Shown in pieces: positions 23,616-38,958 of a stretch of 64,000 nucleotides of DNA. The notes beneath the pieces were generated by a model. It worked only from the letters and a program-made list of their open reading frames with translations. It was not told where the DNA came from and did not search any database. Each line of letters starts with the position of its first letter. The stretch's first letter is position 1. The DNA comes from Vicugna vicugna (lineage: Eukaryota). The stretch is from NCBI GenBank assembly GCA_013265495.1, contig MU058636.1:4499741-4563740 (forward strand), written 5' to 3'. Position numbers and translations under genes: made by a program.

Positions 23616-26600
23616 AGACATCACTGACCTGGCATCAGATCTGAGCTCCAGCCACGTAGCCAGCAATTATCTTTATTATGGTTATCATTATTCCACCATG
23701 TCCTAGCTGTCAGATCCCCGTAAATTTCCAATTCCTCAGAGAGTATTGCTATGTTCATACCAGATTCAGCCTTCTTCCTAATATATTTCTTACTGTCAGA
23801 AATGCGCCATCTTATCTTACCCAAAAGTCCAACAGAAGACCCACTTCTGTATGCCTTTTCCTTATTCTTCTGCCGCTCTTTGTTTTAATGAACATGAAAT
23901 TTAAATTATATGTAAGAGTGATATACAAAGTTGAGGATAGAAGAATTTATAGACAGTGATTTTTTTTTTAATTTAAAGAATAAGAAAAAAAGGGGAAATT
24001 CCAAGGGGGTGTTTCCTTGGAGAGCGAAGAAGATGGAAATAAGTTTTGAGGTCGGGTGGAGTCCGGGGCAGACTACCGTTGCCGCTCATCTGTATTTACC
24101 AGAGAGGCTAAAGTGGCTTTTGGATAAAACCCAAGCAAACCAGCAGCAGATTCCTGGAATTTAGAAGTGGCCGCTTAAAGAGCAGGACAGCCCTGATGTG
24201 TCCCTAAACTGGAAGTCCAGCAGGCTGTGTTCAGTAGCTGGGAAGGTGACAGTGTGTTTCTTTAAGAGGGAAGGGCTGAGGAAGGACCTCCCATGCTTTT
24301 GTTTGTCTGACCCTTAAACTGATGGAGCCCTGAGCATCTTAACACTAGTGCCCTGGGAATACAAAGCCGTTTCATGTACAGAATCTCAGAGGAGATTCTG
24401 AGATGAAGCAACAACTTTCTGTAGACACCAGATAGTAGAGCATCACATGCACCTTATGGATGAGAAGGGAATTGCTCAAACACAAAAGTGGGTGACTGTG
24501 GCCAGGACCTGGTGGGTTAGGGGCTGACCATGAGCTTGGGTTTCTCCATAGCTGACAGTGTGAGGGTCAGAATCATGACCTTCCACCTCTGCTTCGCTGG
24601 GCCTCTCAGAGAGACCTCCCCCACCCTGGCTGTCTGCAAAGATCATTATTCCCCCTGCTGGCTCTCAGCTGAGCCGCGCACTTGGAACTGCCCTCCCCAC
24701 CAGCCCGTTAAGCTGCTCCCTTCCATCATTCAGACGGTTTCTAACAGCCCCACCCTCCTACACAAAGCACTGCCTGTCTGGTCAAAGCAGGGTGGTGATT
24801 TCCCCACCCTTTCTAAAAACATGCCTTGCCAGACTGTCTCTAGCCTCCAAAATATGCTTCACAGCTATGTTTTCTACCACGTTTGAACTGGGCCTGTGGG
24901 AGGAGCATATGATGTAGGTGCTTCTCTGATTCACTGCTGTCGGGCTCAGACCTCAGTCTCCAAAGGCAGGAATCAGAAGGCCTGAACCACGTGGCTCCAG
25001 GAACAGATGGTCATTTTAAAGATTTTGAAGGTTTAGTCAGCGATGCTTAGTGAGGTAGACACTTCTTTTTAAAGCATTATTCCCAATGCGGGGCATTGTA
25101 TAAACCTTTAATTCCTTGGCTGAACAGTTCTCGATCTCAGTGATAATAACCTGGCTTCTGCTGTGGTTTGTCCCCAGTTGTATCATTTCCATCAGTTTTC
25201 CTCTAAGCTGAGTGAAGCATTTTGATGTTGCCTCATTAATTTCACAGTAGACAGCTCCATCACCTTCATATTGATTTATCTCTTTCTAATTCCCAATTAT
25301 TTTTTGGTCCTGTGTCAGCATCTCCTACTGGTCAACCAATGTGTGCTTTATATTGGGTACTTTTGATACTAGCTTTATCAAAACGTAATTGAGCAAGTGA
25401 ATCTGTTGTCCCCAAATTCAAATCATATATGCCAAGACTTACATAAAATAGTATATTGCCCAGAGTTCTGCTTTCATCATGCATGGTTCCTCCCAATAGT
25501 GTGGAAAATCAAAGGCTGGGCTGTCCAAGAGATGAGGCAGTTTGGTGATAAGAACCAACATCCTTCATTTGGTAGAAAAGTAACTTGTCCAAGGTCAGAG
25601 TATCAGGGTCAGAATTAGGAGTAGAATAAGCTTCTTGATTCCTAGTCCTTCAGCCTTTGTTGGTAGGTAACTATAAACATGTGATCATACCTAGACGAAG
25701 GAGAAACATTAGCACATGGAAAATTTAAGTAGAGAGCATATAAAGAAACTAATCAGAACTTCTAATTTTTTCCAGTCTCATTGACTTAAAATGGTAGATT
25801 TCAGCAATGATACACATTAAATGGTACCTCTGAGGAAATGCTGATCTGACCCTTAGGGCTTGAACTCTCATTTATTTTTATGGATGAAACTGGGAACATT
25901 AGTGGGAATATTAACTCTAGCCCAAAAAAGTACTTAATTTTTATCACTAATGGAAGTAGCTTATCGTAGTTGAAAAATTTTAATGTAACTATGAGAATGC
26001 TGCCTTTTGGTGTGTTAAATTATCATTCCTACGGGGAAGAACCAACATTGCTTAGTTCTCTTTTAGATAGAAAAATAATGTTTGGGGAAGAGTGATGATA
26101 AATATAAACAGAATTGTTTTTTAAGTATTATCTATCTGTGCGCTTTTGGTAAATAATGATGTGTGAAGCAAACGCCATTTCTTTACTTCAGAAAGGACAT
26201 AATATTTTATAACCATGTATTTGTTGTTGGCTCCTATTGTGGCCAGTTACATCGGACCTGTTAGTATCCGGTGTCAGTGATTTCTCAGGTTGCTGGCGGT
26301 ACATGAAAATAGCGTAGGAAAGTTATCAGTGCTTCTGTGGTAAAGGCCAGTGGAGAAAACCTTCCACATTTTTTCTTTCCATGCACGTCTGTCAAAACAA
26401 TATTAAATACTATGTGTGCCTTGCATTTGCTCTGCAGAAATTGAGGTCAAATCTTTATATTTATTTGTGCAAAATATACTTGAACCTCAACATCTCCTAG
26501 TTTGAGCTTGAGGTTAATAATATCCAAACATGCGGGCCCTACTTTGAGAGGTTAATGGGAAGAGTAAAGTACGTAAATATTGAGCTGATACCAAGCTGAC

Positions 26601-29389
26601 CAGAGGCTCTGCTTGGCTTTACCCTGGGCACCGGAAGTTAGAAGCACTAAGATATTAAGTAATACTTTTTTTGTATGTACATGCTTGGCTTCTTTATCTT
26701 TGCAAAACTTCAGCCTTATCCAGGTTGCCAGCAGAGGTGGCTGGAGGTGGGGACCCTCTGTGATGAGCAGGGTCCCCTTCCCCTGCCCCCTTTTCCTAGC
26801 CTGACTCTGGAGCGAAGAGGGCATTTCGTGCTGGGTATTCCGGGTTCATTCTTAGCTGTAGATCCACTGTGTAGCAGTTGTCATCTTCTGTGCGTTCATC
26901 TAGTCTTCATAAAAGAAGCTGAGTGATAAGCAGTATTTCACAGACAAGGAAACTGAGGCCACGAGATGTCCCACGGCCTTGCTAACAGTGCAGCTCCTGT
27001 GCGTGAGAGCAGGGACTCCGGTCTCCTGTGCTGTTCCCCTTCCAATAAATAGCCTTTGAATGTTTGCTCTCAAAGTCACCATTCAGTTGTCTGGAGCAGT
27101 GTCGAGGGAAAGGCCCGACTTCCAGTGCACCGATTATGAAGTTGCTGGGGTGGGGACTGAGTTAACGGGCACCTTTGTCCCAGTTCACCACCAGGATGGC
27201 TCAGGGCCACTTGCAGAGAGATGCCCCACAGGTGCCCAGCAGACACGCCCCTTCACTCAGCTTTGTCCATACAGGCCCCCTGAGATACAGCCTAGCAGTG
27301 TCTCCACATCACGGCTCAGCACATGTCATTCCTTCTACCCCCTCTAAACTCGTGAAACACGCTGGTGAAACGAGCTCCTGAAGGAGGCCTTCCCTGGGAG
27401 AGAGCAGCAGGGGGATGGGCTTCAGGCTTCTTCCTCTTCTCCTGCTGAAACCATCTAGAACGTCCCACTGCCCTAGACCAACGTCAAGTCTCCTTATCGT
27501 GGCCCAAGGTTCCTTACCAAACTCCTTTGCGGGGAGTCGGGGGAGAGGTGAGTGGGGAAGGAAAATAGATTCTGCTGCTGTTTGTTAAGGAAAATGATTT
27601 TTGGAGATACGATTTTCCCTGTTGACGTCTGAATCTGTGCAGCAACAAGCTGTGCTTTAGTGAAGTTCCGTCGCATTCAAAAAAATTTAAATATCTTTCA
27701 GTTCATTTGAAAGAATGATTTGCACTGGATAGTAATGGAGTAAATGTTTTCAAAACTTGCAGAATCTATTTTGGTGAAGATTTGTATATGTGGGTTGGTT
27801 TTTTTTTTAAACAGAGATTATTGCGTTTCATGTTTATGAAAGGAATGTTGTGTGGCATCATTTTTTTCTCTAATATTTCTTAATGGGATAGATCAGCCCA
27901 AATTCTGCATAGATAGGAATAAAAGCTTGTGGTCTATCTCAATTATTTGTTCTTTACGGTATCTCTAAAAGGCCTTTTATTCTACTGCCTGAAGGAAAAC
28001 AAAACCCTTTCTCCGTAATTGTCACCATAGATCTCAGCTGCTCTTTCTAACTCCATCCAGGCGATGCTTAATTTGACTTGGAACTGTTCTTATTAATACA
28101 ATGTATAATAGTAGGAATATAATATATATTTAATGCTGTTCTGGAACTTGAAACTCCAGATCAAAAATTGATAAAGCAATTTTTTTCTTACATTAAGTGG
28201 TTTTCCTTTGTTTCCTCAGGATGCTAGTAAAAACATTCTGCTCTGCCTCATTGATTCTGTTCATGAGTGTACATGTCACTCTGTGATAATTACACATGTG
28301 TAACCACGTGCAGCCATCCACAGGGAAAGGGGGCGGGTTCCAGCCCTAACCCAATCAACTCAATCAGACGCTTTAAAATCATTAGGTAATGGCTCTCTGT
28401 GTTGGCAGGCATCCAGATGGTTTGCCTCACTTTGTTTTCACATTTCTTTTTTTTGAACACCACACATTTTGGTCTCCAAAAAAATTGTCAAAAATACTAA
28501 GGAAGGGAAAATTAAATGTGAATGGAAACATAATTCGATTGCACTTCTGTTGCACATTTTTTTCACAGGCAACAGCCAGCACTAGGCATGTATGACAAGT
28601 CTGTACATTCAGCGACTTGCTCAATGTATGTGTTTTGCATGAGGACTGACTGTGTGCTCAGAGCTGTGGGGGTACACAACGGGGTGACACACACCTCTTC
28701 TGGAGGGAGATGGGACAGCAGTTATAATAGGAATCCAGGCAGGATGTGGGGAAATGCCATTGATTGTAACATGCAATCCATGGCCCCTTGACCACCCTCA
28801 CTCCATTGGGCCACCTGCAACCTGGGACAGGAGTGACCACATGGTCTCTGCCTTCTGGAAAGAAACACCCTTGTCTTGGTTCCTGCTGCACTGCCCCAGG
28901 CTACCACCAGCCCATTAGGTATCTTGATCACAGGTAGGCACCCTTTCCTGCGGACTGAGTATCGGGCAGAGGTGGCCCCACGGATCGCCATCCCTTTATA
29001 GCTTGGAGGGTGGCGTCAACACTAGATTTCCATCCTCACTTGCCCCACCCCCACCCCAGGTCAGGGGTCCTTGTACTAAATACAACCTGTGCAGTGAATC
29101 AAATTAATAGGAAAAATCATGGCATTCTCCTCTAGGCTCATTTTGTATGGGACTGCAGCCCCCAGGGAACAAGTCTTCCTCCAGACTAAAGCCGGAGGGG
29201 AGAGCAGTGAGTAGCCCTGGAGAGCCAGTGCCCAAGAAGTGCTCCTCCTGGTGCTGGTGAGGGTCTCAGAACCTCTTCCTGAGCTTTTGCTCAAGAAGTT
29301 GGTAACCATGATTCTGGCCTTGCTTGTGGCTAAAATACATACATACATAAAATTGAGAAGAAATGACTCAGATTTTAAATTTGCTAGAC

Positions 29390-29510
29390 CTCGATTTTAC
29401 CAGCTATTTGACTTTGACCTGATTTTATTCCTTTTAAGTTCCATTTTCTCATCTGTAAAATGGGGCTGTTAATAGTATTTCATAGGTTTAGGGTGTGGGT
29501 GAAATATGAT
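29390..29510 (+). mobile_element. MIR SINE
   Basis: TTTTCTCATCTGTAAAATGGGG core. Confidence 0.65.
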
Positions 29511-30461
29511 AAAAAAAATTGGTGTTTTCAGTGCAATTTTGCTTTTTCAGTAAATGGAGAAGATCTCATTTAATGTTATCACTGTCTCAGGTCACTTTCT
29601 GACTTTTTCCCACTCTTTGATACCATTCCCTGAGGCCTCCCACTTTTCCTGTATTACTGTTACTTTTCTCTTAGTCCCCAACATCTGTGCCTAATTCCTT
29701 TCTTAGAAGTTCATGTTCTGCTATGATTTTTCAGGAAGGGTCTCTCTTTTTACAGATATGAAAGCTGAAAGTTTTAGTTCACTTTACATGACAACTGAAG
29801 TCTCATAGCAAGCCAGGGACGACTTCAGATTTTATTTTGTATTTTAGGCACCTCTGTCCAGGTGCCTGTTCTGACTGCATTTTTTAGAAGTCTCCCCACC
29901 CCCATCCACCCAGAGAGAGGAAACAAAAGGATAAATGTCTCTTCCCAGCTTGCAGCAGGTGTCATTCTATTTGATTTGCAGGCCTTTCAACGAAACAAAA
30001 GGCCTCTTCTGTTCTTTTACAATATATGCTCTCTTTAAAGGTACTCGAATGAGGGGAAAATCCTACGTTGGACACGATTTCAGGTTCTAACGGATAGAAA
30101 CTAGGCTCTCAGTTGCTGATTCACTCTTCACAGGGAAAACTAGATGCCATTAAAAACATTCTTTTCTAAATAGCATTTAAAATTTTATGATCATTTCCTC
30201 TTGAAACACTATATATGAGCGGCATTCTCAGCAAATTAAAATGTTCAGAGTAGGACTGAAAACTTCTAAAAGCCAGTGAAGATCTCTTTTATAAAGTCAA
30301 CAGAGAGAATCTGTCTGCTTGAGACAGTGTATCTCCAACTTGCTCTTCTTAGATAGTTACCATTGGTGTTCAAAAGTGACAGACCTCACATAGTACAGAA
30401 CTGTATGTTACACTGAAAAATTCTATTCTGGAGTCCCTAAGAAAGAGTGCACAATAAATAT

Positions 30462-30640
30462 CAGAGTAGCTAAAATGTGGGTGTTTACTGCATGCAAAGA
30501 CTATGCTGAGCACTTTCATTCATAATGTCATTTACACTCTTTCCAGCACTATGGTCCCTATTTTACAGATGAGCAAACTAAGGCTTAGTGTGGTTAGTAG
30601 CTTGCTCTGCGTCTGATAGCTAGGAAGTTCTGATGAGTTC
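30462..30640 (-). mobile_element. MIR SINE
   Basis: CCTATTTTACAGATGAGCAAACTAAGGCTTAG. Confidence 0.75.
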
Positions 30641-31699
30641 TGAGAGTCATTGTGCTCATTAACTCCCAGGCACTCCGCAGCCTCCCTGTTCATTCTTTGC
30701 CATCCACAGTGGGGGAGGCATCAGAAAGGGGGTGTGGATGTTGGGTTTTGTTTTCAGATGTAATAGCCGTTTTGGTAAATCCTTTGGGTCCTGTTTCCCC
30801 TGGAATCCATATAGTCAAAGTACAGGTGATAAAATTAGCTCATCAACTCCAGCCTGCGTGTAAATGAAACAAGTCAATCTAATGAGACTTCATGAGAAGA
30901 AAGTGCTGTGAGTGGAGGTGGAAATCTTAGTGGTGGAGGGCTTGCCTTTTGTGTTAGTGTAAGGAGTTGGAGAAGCTCGTTATGTTGATGGTGTCGAGGG
31001 CATTTCAGGAATATCCCTAAAAGTTCTCTTTAGTGTTGAATTTTTACAAAGGTGTATTGTACTCTTTCCTTGCCATTTCTCAAATCCACTGTTAGTCTAG
31101 GAAGTCCCATTTGTGTGTTGATTTTGAGTGGGGGAGGTATGCCCAACGATTTTTATGTGAAATAATTAATATGGCTTATTAATCCCTTTGGAAAATGTTC
31201 ATCATAAATGTATTGGGGAGGGAGGGAGATTGGTGGTTTAACAGATGGTCAGCCAAGTCCCACCCACTCAAAGGTAGCCTGTCAAAATAAAGTACTCTTG
31301 CTTAATCCCTAGTCAAGCTAAATGATACCATGAAACAAAGCTAACCGAAATCAGGACACCTGATAGCAAGATTTCATAAAGTAAAAAGCCATTGTGCAGT
31401 AAGGAATAGAATGCTTTTGCTTCTTATCTTTTTAATACAAATAAAAGCAAGCTTCATTGGGCTCGGGAATTCTTAGAAAAGACAGATTTGAAAAGCAGCT
31501 CCATCGCGGAGCCTGACATTCTGTGAATAAGCCTAAACCGTTTGTACCGTCCCCTTTGGATGCACAGGCTGGGGCGGCGGAGCCCCTCCAATGCCAGCAT
31601 TTCTGGGAGGGAGAGGCACAAAGTGCAGCCTCCTCTGTGCCCGTGAAAGGAGGAGAGGAAGAAGCCCGGGCCAGGATCCTGTTGTTAGCAGTCTCTCCT

Positions 31700-32518
<819 letters not shown>

Positions 32519-35500
32519 TAATAGGAAATAACCTTGTTTTGTTTGTTTGTTTGCTGGATGTTGCGTAAGGTGGTTGGAGAAACAGAATTTCAACTGGACG
32601 CATACGCTTGTGAGCCCGGGAAGTTTTTTTTTTTTTTCCTCCCATCTGCTATGAAAATCAAAATGTCAGAGACTGAACTAGCTTTCCTGAAGTGCAAAGG
32701 CTGCAATGGAATTACAGTAGATTTGGTTTGATTAAATTTGCAAGTGAGATGGCCCTTTAGACCCTGGTGAGTGCAGGATGGGGCATTCCAGGCTGCATTT
32801 CCTGCCTTAGTGTTTGTTTGATAGGTTCAGTTTTATCGAAATATTTTGTGAAGTGTGCTTTAATCAGAGGGGTGTGGCAGGATTTCAGAGCACTTCATAA
32901 TTGGTTTATTAGGGTATTGTATAAACAAAAAAGTATCTAATAGTCTAAAACCTGACTCATCTTTTTTTTTAATATAAAGGCAATTTGCACATTTGATTTC
33001 TGCCTTGTCCGTGTGGATGGTGTTCAGAATGCTGTTACAATATTTGATCTGTAAAAAAAATCCTGATGTTTGTTACAGTCTGAATAATGTGCTTTTTTGT
33101 GACATAAACAAGTGGTTCTGACCGTAATTATGTATTAGGATATCGGAATGTTATGGCTTCTGAAGTTCTATTTCTGACCTACTTAAAGATTTTAGCAGTA
33201 AGATATTTCAAAAAGACAACCTCCAAGGCATCACGGATCTGGAATCAAATGAAAATGAGGCCTTCAGGTGATCAATGATGTCTTGTATTTTTCTGAACAG
33301 TTTCAAAACAAAGTCTTCTCTGTTTCACCAACCAGCCTTTGTACTTGCTTTGGATAAAAGACCGGCAGGTATTGCAGATCCTTAATTGTTTGAAATTTCA
33401 AAAAATTTTCCAAGAAACATTTTTATGTTGTGTTTTTGTGCATACTAATTTTAGCCTACCTGTGCTCAAGGAGCTGGGGATTAATTGTCTCCTACACAAA
33501 TGACCTGTGGCCAAAATTGTCCTTCTGTAAACAAAACCTGGGCAGGGGATTCAGTGCCATAATTGTTTTGAGAAAAGAGCTGAAGTACCTTCAGGCTGAA
33601 GGTATTCAGGGATATGCATCTCTAAATGACACCCATAGAAACCATCCTTTCCAGGTCACTTTGTGCCACTGTATACACTGTGGGGCTTGTCTGAAGCTGT
33701 TTTTCTACAGGTGGGAAGCCATTTGGGAGTAATACTGTCACTCCAGGAGCATTCCTTTGTTAGTCATAACTCATTTCTCTTGGTTTCATTATTTGTGTAA
33801 TACTTCACACTCAAAGATGAAGCTTCCTTTGTCTATCCATCCTTTGATTAATGAAAAGAAATTGGACATTCAAGGTTCTTTATAGAGCAACTTTCCAATA
33901 TCTGGAAAGACTTATTGAGAGTTTGACGTTGGTGTGTGGTTTTGAAGCATTATTTTGAGTACTTTAAGACCAGATTCTTGTCTTCCATCCCCTTCTGTCA
34001 CCTTCCGTTGCCTCATTAGATTGAAAATTATGTTGTGACAGTGCTCAGGCCAGTGGGATTTCTTTTAAAATCTTTCTCCCTTGTCTATTTTCAAGTTACT
34101 CTAGACAAAGTATATATTCTCCCCACCCTTACTAAACTCTCTCCACTCCCCCCATACACACGTCAAGAGATGGTTCAAAATGCCTCTTCATTTCTACTTT
34201 GAGAGTACCTGGGGCACGATTTTGAATTCTTTCCATTCATTCAGCAGATCTTTATTCCACGTCTACTACGTGCCAGGCTGTGGAGCTACAAAGGTGAATA
34301 AGACACACAGTACCTGCTCTCCACCTTAGTTTCTTTCTTGCACAAGAGTGAACTTGGTAATTCTCTAGCTTTCCTTTGGGGGTCAGAATGTTTTTCAGTC
34401 CTTTCTTGAAAGAGGAAGAGGAAATACACCTTATGCTTAGTCTTCTTTAAGCTTTGTTGCAACACTAACCGGCTTGCAACCTAGCGTAGCTCTCAGGTTT
34501 ACATATTTTCTGTAGCCAAGAGAGAAAGGAATTTGTGTGGAAGACAAAGTAGAAAACAGAAGCCTTAGGGTGCTCAGCCTACTCAGTGTAAGGAGGCTGA
34601 GAGGATGCACCACAGGGCAAGCAGCTGATTGGCCCAGCATCACAGGTTTGAGAGGCAAGGAAGCCCGCCCACATACCTGAATGGAGAATCAGGCCCCTAA
34701 TTATGTAGTGGTGCTTATTTATAAAAGTACAGCAATTAGAAAGCAATAAAACTCTAACTATGGCTGCCTGCTTTGCTAGTGGTAGTAAAAGGGAAGATGA
34801 TTCCCTGAGTATTTCCAGGCTAAGGTTTCTTTTCTTTTTTTTTAATGGCACATTGTGGGGGGAAATGTAATTTTGTATATATTTGTCTCCTCTGAAGAAT
34901 TAACAAGTCAATTACATCAATCATTGTCAGGTGAGCTGTATTAGCTTTTCATTCTCTGGTCATTTTGACAACTCTTCACTCGCTTCACTCGCCCGCCCAC
35001 TCTGTCGGGCTGCCCCTTTATTTTAATGGAGTTAGGGATTCAAATGGCCTTCATGCCTGCAGATAAATGTCCTTTGTCGACCTCACTGCAGAGGCTTTCC
35101 TTATCTATTTGGACACTTGTCCTGGTCTGCTGCTTCCCCACCCTTCCCCAGGCCTTGCCCAGCTGCTCAGTGATGCTCAAAGCTGTGACCCCTCCATGTT
35201 CATGGCCGTGGCCACCATAGGACCTCCTCAGTTTAACCTGGAAGATTGCAGTGGTCTCCTCACGGTCCCTCTGACACAGAGTAGCCCAGAGAGTCTTCTG
35301 CCAGCTTTTCAAAGACTACATCTCAGCTCCCACTGCCCCCGAGTGTCAGTGACCACTGTACAGGCCCCTCTGAGTTCCTCGTTCATGTTCTCTCATGTTG
35401 ATTTCCTGCCCCAGCCATGGTTGATCTGCTAACCCTGCTCTGCATTTCACGACTTGCTCTCCAGTTCGTGTCTGCACACATGTCCGCCCCCTAACCTGGC

Positions 35501-35534
35501 TTGCCCTCGCCTCGAACACACACGCTACAGAGCT

Positions 35535-35730
35535 AGATAGGCTTGGTTCAGATCTCTGGCTCCTGCATTTCCCAGGCCTTGGGCAATCAATTAACTGCTC
35601 TGCCTCAATTTTTTCATCTGTAAAATGGAGGCAAAAATAATGAATACCTCCCAGAAGTAAATGAGACATTAAGATGTAAAATACTTAGCATAGTGTCTAG
35701 CACATTGTGAACTTCAATAACTGTTAAAAT
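35535..35730 (+). mobile_element. MIR SINE
   Basis: CCTTGGGCAATCAATTAAC, TTCATCTGTAAAATGGAG, CTTAGCATAGTGTCTAGCACAT. Confidence 0.8.
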
Positions 35731-37758
35731 ATTATTAATGTATTCCAATGCTCCCTTCTCTTCTAAATCCACTCAAAATCAGGCTTAGACCATTTTCCCC
35801 CTGAGGGGTGACGGCCTCAGTGGATAACTCTCTGAGTAGTCAACATTCACTACACCCCAGAGAAGGAAACTGCATGAATATATGCCAAAATCAGTTGCTT
35901 GCTTCGGGCCATTCTTTTTTCTAGATTTATTTTTTAACTGTACCCCCTTTTCCACCTCAGCTCCTACTGGAACATGCCTGCCTTCCCTGAGTGCACACCT
36001 TCTGGCAGCACAGGGGACAACCTGGGAATATTCTCGGTGGCAGAAAGTCACCTTGGCCTTTCCCATTTGCTACAGAAAACATTTAAGGCAGATAGTTTCA
36101 AGCTATTTTCATGGGAAAGGAGGGCTTGCTTTGTATTGATGTACAGAGCTTGTGTGTAGGCTCTCCCTCTGGTCTGAAACTCCTACTGACATTCCTTGTG
36201 TCTCTATCCACCCCATAATATTCAATGAACACCGGCCCAATGAATGAAGGTGGACTCAGTGTCCATTTAGCGTCCCAGTCTTTCCAGGACAGGACAGTTT
36301 GCATCTTTCTTGCAACATCTGACAAACCATAGAGGGATACTTTTGAATGCCCGTTAACTCTTTCTGGGAATGAGAATTCCATTGACACACAAACTGCCCT
36401 GGGGAACTGAACAAGCTCTCTCCTTTTGGAAGGGGCTGCTGTACATTGTAAAATGTCTCATGTTGCTACAGAAAACCTTGCGTTAGTTGGGAAAATTGGA
36501 TGTGGCATTTTTCAGGTATGTGGTAGTGAGTGAAGTTGTGGTGATAAGGACAATATTTCTGTCCAACATAGAAGTGCTGGTTAGTACAGGGTAAGCTCTA
36601 GGGACAGAGAAACCACGTGCCAGTAAGACTTGAAAACACATCCGATTCACAGCAGAGCAGTACTTACTGACCTCTGTTTAAGTCCCCAGGATACAGCAAA
36701 GATGCTGTGAGAAAGCCTAAAGGAAAAATCTCAAGATGTTCATTTAGTTAGTTTTGTAGAGTTGGTTTGAAGAAGTAGAAAATTAAAGTGGTTAACCGAG
36801 TTGCCTCAGTCTAGCGGAGCAGTACAGCTCAAGTTCAAGCTCACTTACCTCATTCTGTTAACCGTGGGAAGCACCCAGCATTGTCCCCGACACTTAGAAG
36901 AGAGTTACTCCAGTCTTCTGTGGCCATGGCCACTTCTGCTAAGGTAGCTGGCAGTCCTCATGAGAAGCAGAACCCCAAATCAGTATCCTCTGCCTCTAAG
37001 TAGGAAGGGGTGTTCTCGCCTGGGTTTATAATGGTGGCACATTTAAAGGGTTGTGTTTTTTTTTGTTCTTTTGTTTTCGGTTGTGTTTTTTTTGTTTTTG
37101 GTTGGTTGGTTGAAATGCATGAACAATCCTAGAATCTAGAATCTAGACTAGCAGTAGCTGCCTCAGTGACTGAGGGCCCACTCTGTGTCATGTGTAATGC
37201 TTGGTAATTTATATGTTTGGCAGCCACATCATTATTTGTCCAAACTGAGATACTTTTGAGAGTGACTGTTAATAATTAGGCTGGGCCTGTCGTGGGCAAA
37301 GGAGGCCATATGACCACTCTGGTTATTATATTCAGTCTTGCCAGTAACCCTGCACAGTTACGTATTATCTACATTTTACAGATAAAAAAATGAGAGCTGA
37401 AAAAATGATTTGCTCAAAGCCAGGATGGTAGTAAGTACCATAAACCCTTCCCTCAGCCCAGTTGATAATCTCACCCAGAAGATGATCAAAGGATCAAGAA
37501 CGCTTTGGGGAATTTAGTGCTTTATAGGCACTTTCGTTCTTGTTGGCTGATGGCACTGCCAGGTCTTGGCCTCCTCCCTTCCCTGTGCACCTCTGAAGGG
37601 CCTTCTGTCTCTCTTACTTCCTCTCTCTCTCAAGACCTAGCGCTGGAGAGCACCATCCCCTGAGCACAGACCTGTTTGAAAGACCTACATATTAACAACT
37701 CTTAACTACAATTATTAAATACAATACAGGGGCAGTTCTGTGCCCTATGGTCTTTTGA

Positions 37759-37761
<3 letters not shown>

Positions 37762-37797
<36 letters not shown>
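37762..37797. repeat. (CA)18 microsatellite
   Basis: Read directly. Confidence 0.97.
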
Positions 37798-37799
<2 letters not shown>

Positions 37800-38904
37800 A
37801 TTATAGTAAAAAGGGACATTTCTTATGTTGGAATATTTTATGTTGATTTTTTTCCCCTGTTTTCAAAGTATATGTAAATATGCAATTAAATAGCTTTAGT
37901 AAATCAAAATGTGTTAGTGATCTTTACTTCTTTTAGAATTGTCATTTGCTTACTTTGCTGAGGTTTCTCTGCTATGTAGTGCTCTTTTTAGGAAACAGTA
38001 GTAAATTCCTAATCGTCTTTAGCAGTGAGAACAGGGAGACTCTTTCCAGGGATAATGGAAATCTATCTATAATTCAGGTATCTCGTTTTACCTGATAGCT
38101 CTGGTCTCCTCCACCATAAAACTCTCCAGGAGACAGGCAGCACAAAAATGATTCCGTTTCAGCTTCTTTGCCTACTTTCGCGTGCTGCTTGGAGAAGTTG
38201 CCAACAAGAACTGAAACAGTCAGCAAGGCAAACAGCACTAGGCAAGGAGGGATGACCTGGATATTTCTACAATCCAGGAACAGCCCAGGATATTTGAGAA
38301 AGTTGCCAGTATTTAGATGGTTCAACTGATACAACGTGCAAATATGCTCTTTATTTAAAAGACATCTATTTCAAAACATTTTAATACCCGTGACTCATTA
38401 GTTCACCTCTGGGTACAGTTCAGGGAATTGTATAGATTACAGGAGTCCTGGTCATCTTATTAGTTGCTTCTGTATTTTTGAGCCGTAGGCGATACTCAGA
38501 AGAGCTCGGCTTAGAAGGAAGTTTGGGCTGATGAGATATGATGTTTTGCTTGTGTTGAGGCTGTTCTGTAAACTGACGGCCCCAAAGAGAAGCCTTTTGT
38601 GTAGGTTCTTTGTTAATACGAAACCTGAAATTTATTTAGTGCCTTGTAGTCTGAGCAGCACCTTCAAAACCACATTACCTCATTTGATGAATGAGATGCC
38701 ATTGATTCTGAATAAATTAGCTGCTTCTTAAATGTTCCTGGTTTGGGAGTGATAAGGCTTAATTCTCCCAGAATTCAGCTTCTGTGGTATGAGATACCCA
38801 TAAAACATCACATAGGTGTATTTTGTGCGGTTGCAGATCAAATGAGCAAATAATGATCTTAGTCTATGTTCTTGACCTTTGAATGGGACTTTTTTGTGTA
38901 TGTA

Positions 38905-38958
38905 TATTTTTACTGAAGTATAGTCAGTTTACAATGTTGTGTCGATTTCTAGTGTACA
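38905..38958 (-). mobile_element. Very short L1 3' terminus
   Basis: TTTTTACTGAAGTATAGTCAGTTTACAATGTTGTGTCGATTTCTAGTGTACA resembles the 3' end of the 45.4 kb L1. Confidence 0.65.

Noticed and set aside
36505..36522. TTTTTCAG|GTATGT as a recursive splice site in intron 1
   Set aside because: The polypyrimidine tract is short, and such motifs are expected by chance in 31 kb. It would need sawtooth RNA-seq evidence.
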